From: an uncultured Candidatus Bathyarchaeia archaeon
GTDB lineage: Archaea > Thermoproteota > Bathyarchaeia > 40CM-2-53-6 > DTDX01
Direction: 5' to 3'
NCBI GenBank assembly: GCA_964608455.1
Contig: CAZSNM010000001.1
Coordinates: forward strand, 11,030-75,029
Length of the DNA stretch: 64,000 nt
Position 1 is the stretch's first letter; each line of letters begins with the position of its first letter. A program made the translations under genes and the position numbers. Positions 9,706 through 18,815 of the stretch are shown here, piece by piece. The notes under the pieces are model-generated. The model searched no databases. It saw only the letters and a list, made by a program, of their open reading frames with translations, and was not told the origin of the DNA.

Positions 9706-11448
9706 TTGGAAACTAATGAATTAAAAGAGCTTATTAAAAAATTTGCTTTATTAAATGCTGTAAAACATAATGGAAAAGCTGAGTTTAAATCTGTTTTAGG
9801 AAAGGTTTTAAGCGAAAAACCTGAGCTTAAATCATCTATTAAAGAATTAACAATTTTAGTTAAATCCATACTCGATGAAGTCAACAATCTTTCTTTAAAT
9901 GCTCAAATTAAATGCATTGAAGAAAAATGGCCCAATTTACTTTTAAAAGAAAAGGTTAAAGAAGAAAAAACCCTTCCACCTTTACCTAACGCTGAAAAAT
10001 ATCCTATTATTGTTACAAGATTTTCTCCAAATCCAGATTGCGTTCTTCATTTAGGTTCTTTAAGAGCTATAGTTCTTTCTCATGAATATGCTCGAATATA
10101 TAAAGGAAAATTTATTTTAAGATTTGAGGATACAGATCCAAGACTTAAAAGATCCTCCTTAAGGTTTTATGATGATATAAAAGAGGATTTGCTTTGGTTA
10201 AATTGTAAATGGGATGAAGAATATATTCAAAGCGATAGACTTCCAATCTATTATGAATATGCTGAAAAACTTATTAAGCTTGGAGGAGGCTATGTATGCA
10301 CTTGCACTAAAGAAGAATTTTTAAAAAAAATATCTATTGGTGAAGCTTGTACATGCAGAAACCTTTCTATAGAAGAGCATTTAGATCGATGGTATAAAAT
10401 GCTTGATGGAACCTTTAAGGAAGGAGAAGCAGTTGTTAGAGTCAAAACTGATTTAATGCATCCAAATCCTGCTGTAAGAGATTGGCCTGCACTTAGAATA
10501 ATTGATTCTAAAAAACACCCTCATCCTAGAGTTGGTGAAAAATATAGGGTTTGGCCACTATATAATTTTGCTTGCGGTTTAGATGATCATTTAATGAATA
10601 TAACGCATATAATAAGAGGTAAAGAGCATTACACTAATATGATTAGACAAAAATACTTATATGCTTATTTTGGTTGGAGTTATCCTGAAGCCATTCATTA
10701 TGGAAGATTAAAAATAGTAGGTGCTGAATTAAGCAAATCAAAAATTATTGCAAATGTTTCAAAAGGCTTTTTTAAGGGATTTGACGACCCAAGATTAGCT
10801 ACTTTAAAGGCTTTAAGAAGAAGGGGGATAACTCCTGAATGTTTAAAAAAACTTGTTTTAGAAATAGGTCCAAAACCTGTTGATGTAACTTTAAGCTGGG
10901 AAAATATTTATGCTATAAATAGAAAAATTATCGATCCAATTTGCAATAGATATTTTTGCGTTTTAAATCCAATATTGCTTATTATTAAAGATGTAAAAGA
11001 AAGTTTAATTGTTAAAATTCCTTTTCATCCAAGTTATCCTGAAAGAGGAGAAAAAATAACTGTAATTAAACCTGTAAATAATACTCTTGAATTGTTTATT
11101 TCAAAAAATGATTTATTTATTTTGCAAAAACATAAAATTATTAGGTTAATGGAGCTTTTTAATATTGAAATTGAATTTATTAATGAAACTAAGGTTTCAG
11201 CTAAATTTCATAGCACAACTTATGATGAAGCTAAAAAGCTTAAAGCTCCTTTAATACATTGGGTTCCATTATTAGAAAATTTAAATGTTGAAGTTATTAT
11301 GCCAAATGCGGAAAAACATACTGGAAAAGCTGAAATCGCACTCTCTAAAGAAAAAATTGGGAATATTGTTCAATTAGTTAGATTTGGCTTCGCTAGAATA
11401 GATGAAAAACTTGAAAATAAGATAATTTTATATTATAGTCATGAATGA
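9706..11448 (+). CDS. gltX: Glutamyl-tRNA synthetase (archaeal-type class I GluRS)
   Basis: Contains the class I HLGSLR (HIGH-like) motif and RFEDTDPRLKR. Size is 580 aa. Confidence 0.9.
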   Translation: METNELKELIKKFALLNAVKHNGKAEFKSVLGKVLSEKPELKSSIKELTILVKSILDEVNNLSLNAQIKCIEEKWPNLLLKEKVKEEKTLPPLPNAEKYPIIVTRFSPNPDCVLHLGSLRAIVLSHEYARIYKGKFILRFEDTDPRLKRSSLRFYDDIKEDLLWLNCKWDEEYIQSDRLPIYYEYAEKLIKLGGGYVCTCTKEEFLKKISIGEACTCRNLSIEEHLDRWYKMLDGTFKEGEAVVRVKTDLMHPNPAVRDWPALRIIDSKKHPHPRVGEKYRVWPLYNFACGLDDHLMNITHIIRGKEHYTNMIRQKYLYAYFGWSYPEAIHYGRLKIVGAELSKSKIIANVSKGFFKGFDDPRLATLKALRRRGITPECLKKLVLEIGPKPVDVTLSWENIYAINRKIIDPICNRYFCVLNPILLIIKDVKESLIVKIPFHPSYPERGEKITVIKPVNNTLELFISKNDLFILQKHKIIRLMELFNIEIEFINETKVSAKFHSTTYDEAKKLKAPLIHWVPLLENLNVEVIMPNAEKHTGKAEIALSKEKIGNIVQLVRFGFARIDEKLENKIILYYSHE

Positions 11449-11526
11449 TTTTAAAGGATTTTACGAAAAATTCATAAAGGAAATTGTGTAAAATGGTTAT
11501 AAAAAGGCTGATGAGAGTGAAGCAAA

Positions 11527-11913
11527 TTGTCTAAACCCTTTTATGTTAAATTTAATGTTCCAAAAGAGGTAGCTGACAAAGCCTATCAACTAGTTCAAGT
11601 TTCTAAGGGAACAGGAAAAATTAAGAAGGGAACTAATGAAACCACAAAATCTGTTGAAAGAGGATTAGCTAAATTGGTTTTAATAGCTGAGGATGTTGAT
11701 CCACCCCAAATAGTAGCGCATTTACCTTTATTATGCGAAGAAAGAAAAATTCCATATCTTTATGTTCCAAAAAAAAGCGAGTTAGGTAAAGCTTCAGGTT
11801 TAGAAGTAGATTGCTCTGCTGTTGCAATATTGGATTCTGGAGAAGCTTCTGAAACCCTTCAAGAGCTTATTAAAATAGCTAATGAATTAAGGGAGGGTAA
11901 AACTGCTAAATGA
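11527..11913 (+). CDS. rpl7ae: Ribosomal protein L7Ae
   Basis: [27 protein letters not shown] matches the L7Ae/L30e signature. TTG start. Confidence 0.95.
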   Translation: MSKPFYVKFNVPKEVADKAYQLVQVSKGTGKIKKGTNETTKSVERGLAKLVLIAEDVDPPQIVAHLPLLCEERKIPYLYVPKKSELGKASGLEVDCSAVAILDSGEASETLQELIKIANELREGKTAK

Positions 11914-12134
11914 GCAGCTCTAAAACTAAATCTGAGGAAGCGCCTACACCAGCTGAAGTAACTCAAATTATTGGTAGAACAGGAATAACTGGAGAAGTAA
12001 CCCAAGTTAGAGTTAGAATTCTTGAAGGAAAAGATAAAGGAAGAATATTAACTAGAAACGTTAAAGGTCCAGTAAAACTTGGCGACATTTTAATGCTTAG
12101 AGAAACTGAAAGAGAAGCTAAAAAAATAGCATAA
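11910..12134 (+). CDS. rps28e: Ribosomal protein S28e
   Basis: [41 protein letters not shown] is the S28e signature. Confidence 0.95.
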   Translation: MSSSKTKSEEAPTPAEVTQIIGRTGITGEVTQVRVRILEGKDKGRILTRNVKGPVKLGDILMLRETEREAKKIA

Positions 12135-12159
12135 ACCTTTTTTAAAAAAGGGAAAAAAA

Positions 12160-12354
12160 ATGCCTAAAAGTTTTAAATGCTCTTTTTGCGGCAAACCTTT
12201 TCCACCAGCTAGAGGCTTAATGTTTGTTAAAAATGATGGATCAATATTTTATTTTTGCTCTAGAAAATGCAGAAGAAGCTTGCTTGAAATGAAAAGAGAT
12301 TCTAGAAAACTTAAATGGACTATTTATTATGGAAAGAAAGAACGAGGTAAATAA
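12160..12354 (+). CDS. rpl24e: Ribosomal protein L24e
   Basis: CSFCGKPFPPARGLMFVKNDGSIFYFCSRKC is the L24e zinc-ribbon motif. Confidence 0.95.
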   Translation: MPKSFKCSFCGKPFPPARGLMFVKNDGSIFYFCSRKCRRSLLEMKRDSRKLKWTIYYGKKERGK

Positions 12355-12413
12355 CGCTTCATTTTTATCTAAATCTTATGCTTTAAACATATAAAAATAT
12401 TAAGGTGTGTTAA

Positions 12414-14180
12414 TTGTCTTTAAGACAACCTATTGTAGTGGTGCTTGGTCATGTTGATCATGGAAAAACAACTTTACTAGATAAAATAAGGGGGACTTCT
12501 GTTGCAAGTAGAGAACCTGGAGCAATAACTCAATGGATAGGAGCCAGTTTAGTTCCAAAGGAAACCATTAAAGAAGTTTGTGGACCACTACTAGAAAAAT
12601 TTAAATTTCAAATTTTAATTCCAGGCCTATTATTTATAGATACTCCAGGCCATGAAACTTTTTCTAATTTAAGAAGAAGAGGGGGTTCAGCTTCAGATAT
12701 TGCAATATTAGTTGTTGATGTAACAAAAGGTTTTGAACCTCAAACTGTGGAATCGATAGAAATTTTAAAAGCTCGAAAAACACCATTTATGGTGGCAGCT
12801 AATAAGATAGATGCTATTCCAGGATGGAAATCTTACGCTAACCTTACTTTTCTTGAATCTTTAGAAAAGCAAAATGAAGAAGTAAAAATCGAGCTTGAAA
12901 ACAGAATTTACTCTTTAATAGGGGAACTTTCAAAATTTAATTTTAAATCAGATAGATTTGATAGAATAAAAGATTTTAGAACTCATGTAGCTATAGTTCC
13001 AACAAGTGCTAAAACAGGTGAAGGAATACCTGAATTGCTGGCTGTGCTTGTTGGTTTAACTCAAGCCTTTATGAAGGAAATTCTTAAAGTAACATCTGGA
13101 CCTGGTAAAGGAGCTGTTATTGAAGTTAAAGAGGAAGTTGGTTTAGGAGTAACCTTAAATACAATAATATATGATGGTATAATTAAAGTTGGAGATAAAA
13201 TAGTTGTTGGTGGAAAAGAAGGTGTAATAGAGACCCATGTAAAAGCTTTACTTTTACCTAAACCACTTGATGAAATTAGAGATCCTAGAGATAAATTCAT
13301 TAATGTTTCTGAAGTGGCAGCTGCAGCTGGAGTTAAAATTTCAGCTCCAAATCTTGAATCTGCTTTAGCAGGATCTCCAATATATGTTGTTCCTGAAAAT
13401 GAAGATAAACAAAAATATATTAAATTAATTGAAGAAGAAATTGGAAAGCTTAGAATAAATACAGATATTACAGGTGTTATTTTAAAAGCTGATACATTAG
13501 GATCCTTAGAAGCTTTAATTGATGCTTTAAAGCGTTTAAATATTCCTGTAAGAATAGCTGATGTAGGTGATGTTTCAAAAAGAGATGTTGTTGAAGCTGA
13601 GGTTGTTAAACAAAAAGATAAGTTTTTAGGTGTAGTTTTAGCTTTTAATATTAAACTTCTTCCTGATGCTGAGGAAGAAGCTGAAAAAGCTGAAATCCCA
13701 ATATTTAAATCTAACATAATATATAGGTTAATTGAAGATTATATTGAATGGGTTAAAAAGGAGAAAGCTACTGGAAAAGAAGCTGAACTTTCAAAATTAA
13801 TTAAACCTGGAAAAATTAAAATTCTTGAAGGTTATATATTTAGAAGAAGCAAACCAGCAATTGTAGGAGTAGAAATTTTAGAAGGAATAATTAAACCTAA
13901 ATATCCGCTTATAAATAAAGATGGAAAATCAATAGGAGAAATTTTAAGAATTCAAGATAAAGGGAAAGATATTCAAGAAGCTAAACCAGGAATGCAAGTA
14001 GCCATATCTATAGATAAAGGAATTGTTGGAAGAAACATTAATGAAGGAGATTTACTTTATGTAGCTGTTCCAGAGGAGCATGCACAATCCCTCCTAACTA
14101 AATTTAAAGAGGAATTAACTATTGAAGAGTTAAACCTACTAAAGGAAATATTAGAATTAAAATCTAAAAAAACATTATAA
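12414..14180 (+). CDS. infB: Translation initiation factor aIF5B (IF2-like GTPase)
   Basis: G1 motif GHVDHGKTTLLD and G3 motif DTPGHE. Size is 588 aa. Confidence 0.95.
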   Translation: MSLRQPIVVVLGHVDHGKTTLLDKIRGTSVASREPGAITQWIGASLVPKETIKEVCGPLLEKFKFQILIPGLLFIDTPGHETFSNLRRRGGSASDIAILVVDVTKGFEPQTVESIEILKARKTPFMVAANKIDAIPGWKSYANLTFLESLEKQNEEVKIELENRIYSLIGELSKFNFKSDRFDRIKDFRTHVAIVPTSAKTGEGIPELLAVLVGLTQAFMKEILKVTSGPGKGAVIEVKEEVGLGVTLNTIIYDGIIKVGDKIVVGGKEGVIETHVKALLLPKPLDEIRDPRDKFINVSEVAAAAGVKISAPNLESALAGSPIYVVPENEDKQKYIKLIEEEIGKLRINTDITGVILKADTLGSLEALIDALKRLNIPVRIADVGDVSKRDVVEAEVVKQKDKFLGVVLAFNIKLLPDAEEEAEKAEIPIFKSNIIYRLIEDYIEWVKKEKATGKEAELSKLIKPGKIKILEGYIFRRSKPAIVGVEILEGIIKPKYPLINKDGKSIGEILRIQDKGKDIQEAKPGMQVAISIDKGIVGRNINEGDLLYVAVPEEHAQSLLTKFKEELTIEELNLLKEILELKSKKTL

Positions 14181-14254
14181 ACCCGATAAATTTAAAAATA
14201 AGATTTAACATTTCCAAAGTATTCCATATATCATAACTAAAAAGGAAAGAGAAA

Positions 14255-14611
14255 ATGGTGAAGTTTAAAATTAATATTTCAGATCCAAAAACTGGTAAAA
14301 CAAGCTCTATAGAATTAGAAGATCTAAAAGCTCGACCACTAATAGGGCATGAAATAGGCGATATAATAGATGGTTCTTTAGTTAATTTACCTGGTAAAAA
14401 ACTAAAAATTACTGGAGGAAGCGATAAAAATGGCTTTCCAATGAGAAGCAGTGTTCATGGAGGAGGAAAAAAATATGTTATTTTATCTGGAGGAACAGGA
14501 TTTAATCAACAGCGTCCAGGTGAAAGAAGAAGAAAAATAGTAAGAGGTCGAATGATTACTGAAGAAACCTATCAAATAAACATGAAAATAATTGAAAGTG
14601 AAGAAAATTAA
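14255..14611 (+). CDS. rps6e: Ribosomal protein S6e
   Basis: KINISDPKTGKTSSIELED...ITGGSDKNGFPM is the S6e N-terminal signature. Confidence 0.9.
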   Translation: MVKFKINISDPKTGKTSSIELEDLKARPLIGHEIGDIIDGSLVNLPGKKLKITGGSDKNGFPMRSSVHGGGKKYVILSGGTGFNQQRPGERRRKIVRGRMITEETYQINMKIIESEEN

Positions 14612-14636
14612 ATTTTTAAGGAGGATCATTCATTAA

Positions 14637-14987
14637 ATGGAATTCAGAATCATAAATGAAATTTATAATCCATTAATAAAACGGAAAGAAGTTAAAGCTG
14701 AAGTTATTCATCAATCAGCTGGAACACCAGATAGATTTTCTTTAAGAAAAGAATTAGCTTCAAAACTTAATGAAGAATTAGAAAAACTTTATATAATTAA
14801 AATGGTTACTAAAACTGGCACAAATAAAACTATATGCGATATAGAAGTTTATGATAATAAAGAAACCGCTAAATTAATAATTCCAAAACATATTTTAATC
14901 AGAAATTTACCTCCTGAAGAAAGAAAAAAAGCTTTAGAAGAAAAGGAGAAAAAGAAAAAAGCTAAAATTGAGGAGTCCAAGAAATGA
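14637..14987 (+). CDS. rps24e: Ribosomal protein S24e
   Basis: NPLIKRKEVKAEVIHQSAGTPDRFSLRKELASKLN is the S24e signature. Confidence 0.9.
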   Translation: MEFRIINEIYNPLIKRKEVKAEVIHQSAGTPDRFSLRKELASKLNEELEKLYIIKMVTKTGTNKTICDIEVYDNKETAKLIIPKHILIRNLPPEERKKALEEKEKKKKAKIEESKK

Positions 14988-15163
14988 GCAGCAAAAAGCG
15001 TTTAATAAGCTCGCTTTATGAATATGATTATAAAGAGGGAAAAATAAAATTAAAAAACAAGAAATGCCCTAGATGCGGAAACATAATGGCTCTTCATAAA
15101 AATCCAGTTAAAAGATGGACATGCGGCTCCTGCAATTACACAGAATATATAAAGGAAACCTGA
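14984..15163 (+). CDS. rps27ae: Ribosomal protein S27ae (eS31, ubiquitin-less archaeal form). This gene is absent from the supplied ORF track because it is shorter than 60 aa.
   Basis: Manual translation gives MSSKKRLISSLYEYDYKEGKIKLKNKKCPRCGNIMALHKNPVKRWTCGSCNYTEYIKET*. It has the C4 zinc ribbon and the S27a C-terminal domain pattern. The ATG overlaps the S24e stop (ATGA). Confidence 0.85.
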   Translation: MSSKKRLISSLYEYDYKEGKIKLKNKKCPRCGNIMALHKNPVKRWTCGSCNYTEYIKET

Positions 15164-15508
15164 AGATAAGCTTCATTTTTAGGAAAAATCATGTTTAATT
15201 AAAATTACACATCTATTAAGCATTTTTAGATTTAAAGAAATTGAAGCTTTAGTTAATGTTATTTCACCCATGTTTGATTAATAATAATTTAATATGCTAT
15301 GGTTTTTCTAGGCCCGCCTCCATCTATATAATTTCATTTACAAATTTACAATTGATGAGAATAAATCTATAAGCAAAAGGATTACCTGAGGTTACTGCCT
15401 AAAACTCTGTAAAACCTCTTCATCATAAACCACTACCCGCATCACTTTATATTATTCTATGAAGGAAACAAGGCAAAAATCAAGAGCTTTAATAATGAAG
15501 TCGAGCAA

Positions 15509-16168
15509 TCATTTAAAGAATAAAGGTAATTCATTAACGCTTTTAATAAAAGTGCAACCAATTTTTTTAAATTCCTTTTCGCTTGAAAAACCTGTTAATA
15601 CACCTATAAACTTTATTCCAGCTTTTTTAGCGCATAAAAAATCTAAAATATGATCTCCAACCATTAAAATTTCGTTTGGTGCCAAATTCATTTTTTTAAC
15701 TAAAATTAAGGCTGAAGTAGGGTTTGGTTTAGGTTCATTAACATCATCTCTAGCAACTAAATAATCTATTAAATTTTTTAAACCTGTTCTCTCTAAGCTT
15801 TTTAAAGCATAATCTCTGCATCCTCTAGTTAAAACACCAATTTTAATCTCCTTACTTTTTAAAAATTCTAAAGTTTCTTTAACACCATTAATCGATTCTA
15901 CATAGGTTAAACTGTTTAATTCAATTTCATTCATTATTTTATTAACGTTCTCAAGAATTTTCTTAACTAACTTTTTATCTTTAACCCTATTATTTATAAA
16001 CTCGATTAAATCTAAAGTTGAGGTTTTTGCAGCTTCAAGTTGAGGTTGCAAACCTAAATTATTAAGATACTCAATTATTTTTTCTTTCATTTCTAAAAAA
16101 TTTATTTTAGATTTAATTAATGTTCCATCTAAATCAAAAATTATTCCTTTAACATCTTTCAAGTTCAT
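15509..16168 (-). CDS. HAD-superfamily hydrolase (phosphatase)
   Basis: Motif I FDLDGTL at the N-terminus. Size is 219 aa. Confidence 0.8.
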   Translation of the reverse strand: MNLKDVKGIIFDLDGTLIKSKINFLEMKEKIIEYLNNLGLQPQLEAAKTSTLDLIEFINNRVKDKKLVKKILENVNKIMNEIELNSLTYVESINGVKETLEFLKSKEIKIGVLTRGCRDYALKSLERTGLKNLIDYLVARDDVNEPKPNPTSALILVKKMNLAPNEILMVGDHILDFLCAKKAGIKFIGVLTGFSSEKEFKKIGCTFIKSVNELPLFFK

Positions 16169-16178
16169 TTTAAGTTTC

Positions 16179-17165
16179 CTACCTTTTTAAATTTGCAATT
16201 AATTCTTCAGCTATTTTTAAAGCTTTTTTAACCAACTCCTCATTTATAATACCCTCTTCTAAAGCATTGTTTAATTTATCTAAATCTATAATTTTAGGTA
16301 AGCACTTCCTTACAACATCAACTTCTAAATCTACATACCTAATTTTATCTGGATAAAATTCGATTGGTGTATTAATATTATATAATTCTCCTTTCAATTC
16401 TTCATTTCTAGAGAAATATGAGTGTTTAAGAATCCAGGATCCTTCCTTTGCTTCAGTGATTACATAGTCGCCCTCTTCTTTTTGCTCGTTAATTCCATTA
16501 TATATTCCCTTTCCTTTAATCAATCTTTTAAAAACAAGTGTATTATCTTTAAAACTTAAAATTTTTCCTTCTGAAAGATTTATGACTTTTCCATCAAGTT
16601 TCACATGTTCCACAAAAATTGTTTTCCCTATATTGTAATTATTATAGATCAATTCATTTTTTAATTTTAAACTTAACTCTACTTTTTTTTCTGGATGTGC
16701 GCTTAAAAGGGCTTCAACTTCCTTAACCTTATCTGCAGCAATTGTTTTAAGGTGATGATGCTCAACTATAGTAGGAATCACCATGCTTCTTAATTCATCA
16801 AGAATCATTTTTGAATTAAATGGAAATTCAACTTCATAAAATATGTAACCTCCATAAAGCCTAATTTTCCTCTCTGTTTGTAAAAAATTGTTTAAACAAA
16901 TTTTTTCTCTTACAATAGCATCAGGCAAAACTTTTTTAATTAACTCGATAATAACATCTGCCTTCTCAGCTTCTCCCTTAATATAAATTCCTTGCAAATC
17001 TTCTTTATCAGTTATAGTTACTTCTGGTGGAGAAAAATCAAATTTAGCTCCAAATCTTTCTAAAATTTCTTTAGATGGATTTGTAACTGGAAAACCATTA
17101 GTTAAAAAAAGCTGGGTTAAAGCTGTAGCATAAATTCCTCTAATCATTACTTTAGGTTTACTCAT
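16179..17165 (-). CDS. Probable RNA-binding protein / ribonuclease of the FAU-1 family (RNase E/G-like N-terminus)
   Basis: The N-terminus VMIRGIYATALTQLFLTNGFPVTNPS resembles the conserved IRGIYxTALT start of archaeal FAU-1 proteins. This is from memory, and the protein is shorter (328 aa) than Pyrococcus FAU-1. Confidence 0.45.
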   Translation of the reverse strand: MSKPKVMIRGIYATALTQLFLTNGFPVTNPSKEILERFGAKFDFSPPEVTITDKEDLQGIYIKGEAEKADVIIELIKKVLPDAIVREKICLNNFLQTERKIRLYGGYIFYEVEFPFNSKMILDELRSMVIPTIVEHHHLKTIAADKVKEVEALLSAHPEKKVELSLKLKNELIYNNYNIGKTIFVEHVKLDGKVINLSEGKILSFKDNTLVFKRLIKGKGIYNGINEQKEEGDYVITEAKEGSWILKHSYFSRNEELKGELYNINTPIEFYPDKIRYVDLEVDVVRKCLPKIIDLDKLNNALEEGIINEELVKKALKIAEELIANLKR

Positions 17166-17258
17166 AAAGATCCCTAAAAAGTTTTTAAAATCTAAATTTA
17201 TTTTTAACTATCCAAAGTAATAAATTTTTAAAATAAAAGTATAGAATAGTGAAATAAA

Positions 17259-17879
17259 TTGAAAACTCTGATAATAAATAATTATTTGAATCCTAAAAAA
17301 GTTTTTAAAGTTGTTAAAGCTATAAATAAATTTACTAACTATGAAATTTTAAGTTTTAAGGAAGATTTTAAAGTTTTATTTAAAGCCTCAAATAATGTTG
17401 ATGCAATAATTCTTACAGGATCTGAAGCTAGAATTGTTAATAAAGATCATGTAGAAATGTTTAATAATGAAATCAAGTTGCTTAATGAATGTGAAACTCC
17501 AACGCTTGGAATATGTTTTGGTCATCAATTAATTTGTTTAAATTTAGGAGCTGAAGTTTCCTCTTTAAAAACACCTGTTAAAAATAGATTTGAAAAAATT
17601 AAAATTTTAAAATTAAATGAGCTTTTTAAAGGCTTTAAAAAAGGGGAACTCTTATGGTTATATGAACATCATAATGATTATGTAAAGGAAAGTAGCCTTA
17701 AAAAAGCAGGTTTAGAGCTTTTAGCAAATTCTCAATCATGCGAAGTTGAGGCTATAAAACATAAAAGTAAACCTTTTTATGGAATACAATTTCATGCTGA
17801 AAAATTTAAATTAAAAAATGAAATTCATACAGAAGGATTATTAATTCTTAAAAACTTCTTTGAATTCGCTATTAAATAA
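17259..17879 (+). CDS. Class I glutamine amidotransferase-like protein
   Basis: Catalytic Cys context GICFGHQLI and a His/Glu pair in FHAE near the C-terminus. Size is 206 aa. Confidence 0.75.
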   Translation: MKTLIINNYLNPKKVFKVVKAINKFTNYEILSFKEDFKVLFKASNNVDAIILTGSEARIVNKDHVEMFNNEIKLLNECETPTLGICFGHQLICLNLGAEVSSLKTPVKNRFEKIKILKLNELFKGFKKGELLWLYEHHNDYVKESSLKKAGLELLANSQSCEVEAIKHKSKPFYGIQFHAEKFKLKNEIHTEGLLILKNFFEFAIK

Positions 17880-17899
17880 AAAATAAAAATTTTTAAGAA

Positions 17900-18676
17900 T
17901 TAAATTGCTTCTTGTGCTGCACCGCATTTGGGACAGTAAGCAGCTTCCATTGGAATTTCAGCTCCGCATTGAATGCAATATTTAACTTGCTTGATAGCGG
18001 TTGAGGGTTGAAGCAATCCTGTTTTAGAGGCCCCCTCAAAATAAATTAATCCAATTGTTCTACCTATGAAAACCATATATAAAGGTGAGACAACTATTGA
18101 AATTAACCAACCTATATATGGAATAGAACTTACACCTGCTAGTATTATTCCAATAATAAATATTGAAATTAACCAAAGAATATATTTCCCAAAGCCAATA
18201 GCTTTAATAATGTTTATTATTTCACCAAAAGCAAAGCCTTTGATAAAACTTTTGTTTTTAATCATATGCGCTAAACCCATAGTGTAAACAATTGCTATAA
18301 AGAAAACTATTACTATCGCTGCTAACATAAACATCAAACCCGTTCCAAATCTAAATTTTGATATACCCATAGGCATTAATAAGTGGCTTAAACCAAGAGA
18401 AAGCCCAATTAAAAATAAAATTACTGGGACAATCATGTAAATAAATGATAAGATAGCTATTTTTAATCCTTGAATCCATAAATTTCCATAATTTTCAAGT
18501 TTTGGAGGTTCATTTAAGTCTGGGGACCCCTCTAAAACTTTACCCATGTACCCTATAACTATAAAGTTAACAATTGGGATAACATTAAGGATAATAAGTA
18601 AAATCCAGTTGCCTACATTTTTAACAAGCTTTTTTGCATAATCAAAGCTATTAGTTAAGTTCTCACTTAAATTCAA
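17900..18676 (-). CDS. Polytopic membrane protein (DUF4013-like) with C-terminal C4 zinc ribbon
   Basis: Multiple TM helices. The C-terminus reads YCIQCGAEIPMEAAYCPKCGAAQEAI. It is a paralog of 20842..21711. Confidence 0.6.
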   Translation of the reverse strand: MNLSENLTNSFDYAKKLVKNVGNWILLIILNVIPIVNFIVIGYMGKVLEGSPDLNEPPKLENYGNLWIQGLKIAILSFIYMIVPVILFLIGLSLGLSHLLMPMGISKFRFGTGLMFMLAAIVIVFFIAIVYTMGLAHMIKNKSFIKGFAFGEIINIIKAIGFGKYILWLISIFIIGIILAGVSSIPYIGWLISIVVSPLYMVFIGRTIGLIYFEGASKTGLLQPSTAIKQVKYCIQCGAEIPMEAAYCPKCGAAQEAI

Positions 18677-18815
18677 ATTTTTTCCTCCAATAAATTTTTG
18701 TAATTGTTATTTTGCTATTTTCTAATTAATAAAGCTTTTCATCTTTTTATTTAGATTTTATTCAGCTTTAAAATTTTTTAACTTATGTTATTTTAATGAA
18801 AATTATTTTTCAAGT

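Noticed and set aside
11505-11522. Hammerhead-ribozyme-like CUGAUGAG core
   Set aside because: There are no flanking stems I-III and no GAAA/CGAAAC partner sequence. It is a chance match.
11495-11526. CUGAUGA / GUGAAG box-C/K-turn-like motif just upstream of the L7Ae start (L7Ae is known to autoregulate through K-turns in some archaea)
   Set aside because: A TATA-like TTATAAAAA sits at 11497-11505, which would place the transcription start at or near the TTG start codon. The motif is therefore probably promoter DNA rather than a 5' UTR, and no complementary strand for a K-turn helix was found.
13061-13717. 218-aa minus-strand ORF inside aIF5B
   Set aside because: Antisense shadow ORF. It is Ser/Thr/Pro-rich and has no start context.
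15340-15430. C/D box sRNA candidate in the rps27ae/HAD spacer
   Set aside because: UGAUGA boxes are present, but no correctly spaced D/D' (CUGA) boxes occur on either strand. It is kept only as a low-confidence ncRNA-region finding.
15459-15653. 64-aa plus-strand ORF
   Set aside because: It overlaps the 3' end of the HAD hydrolase gene on the opposite strand and has no supporting signals.
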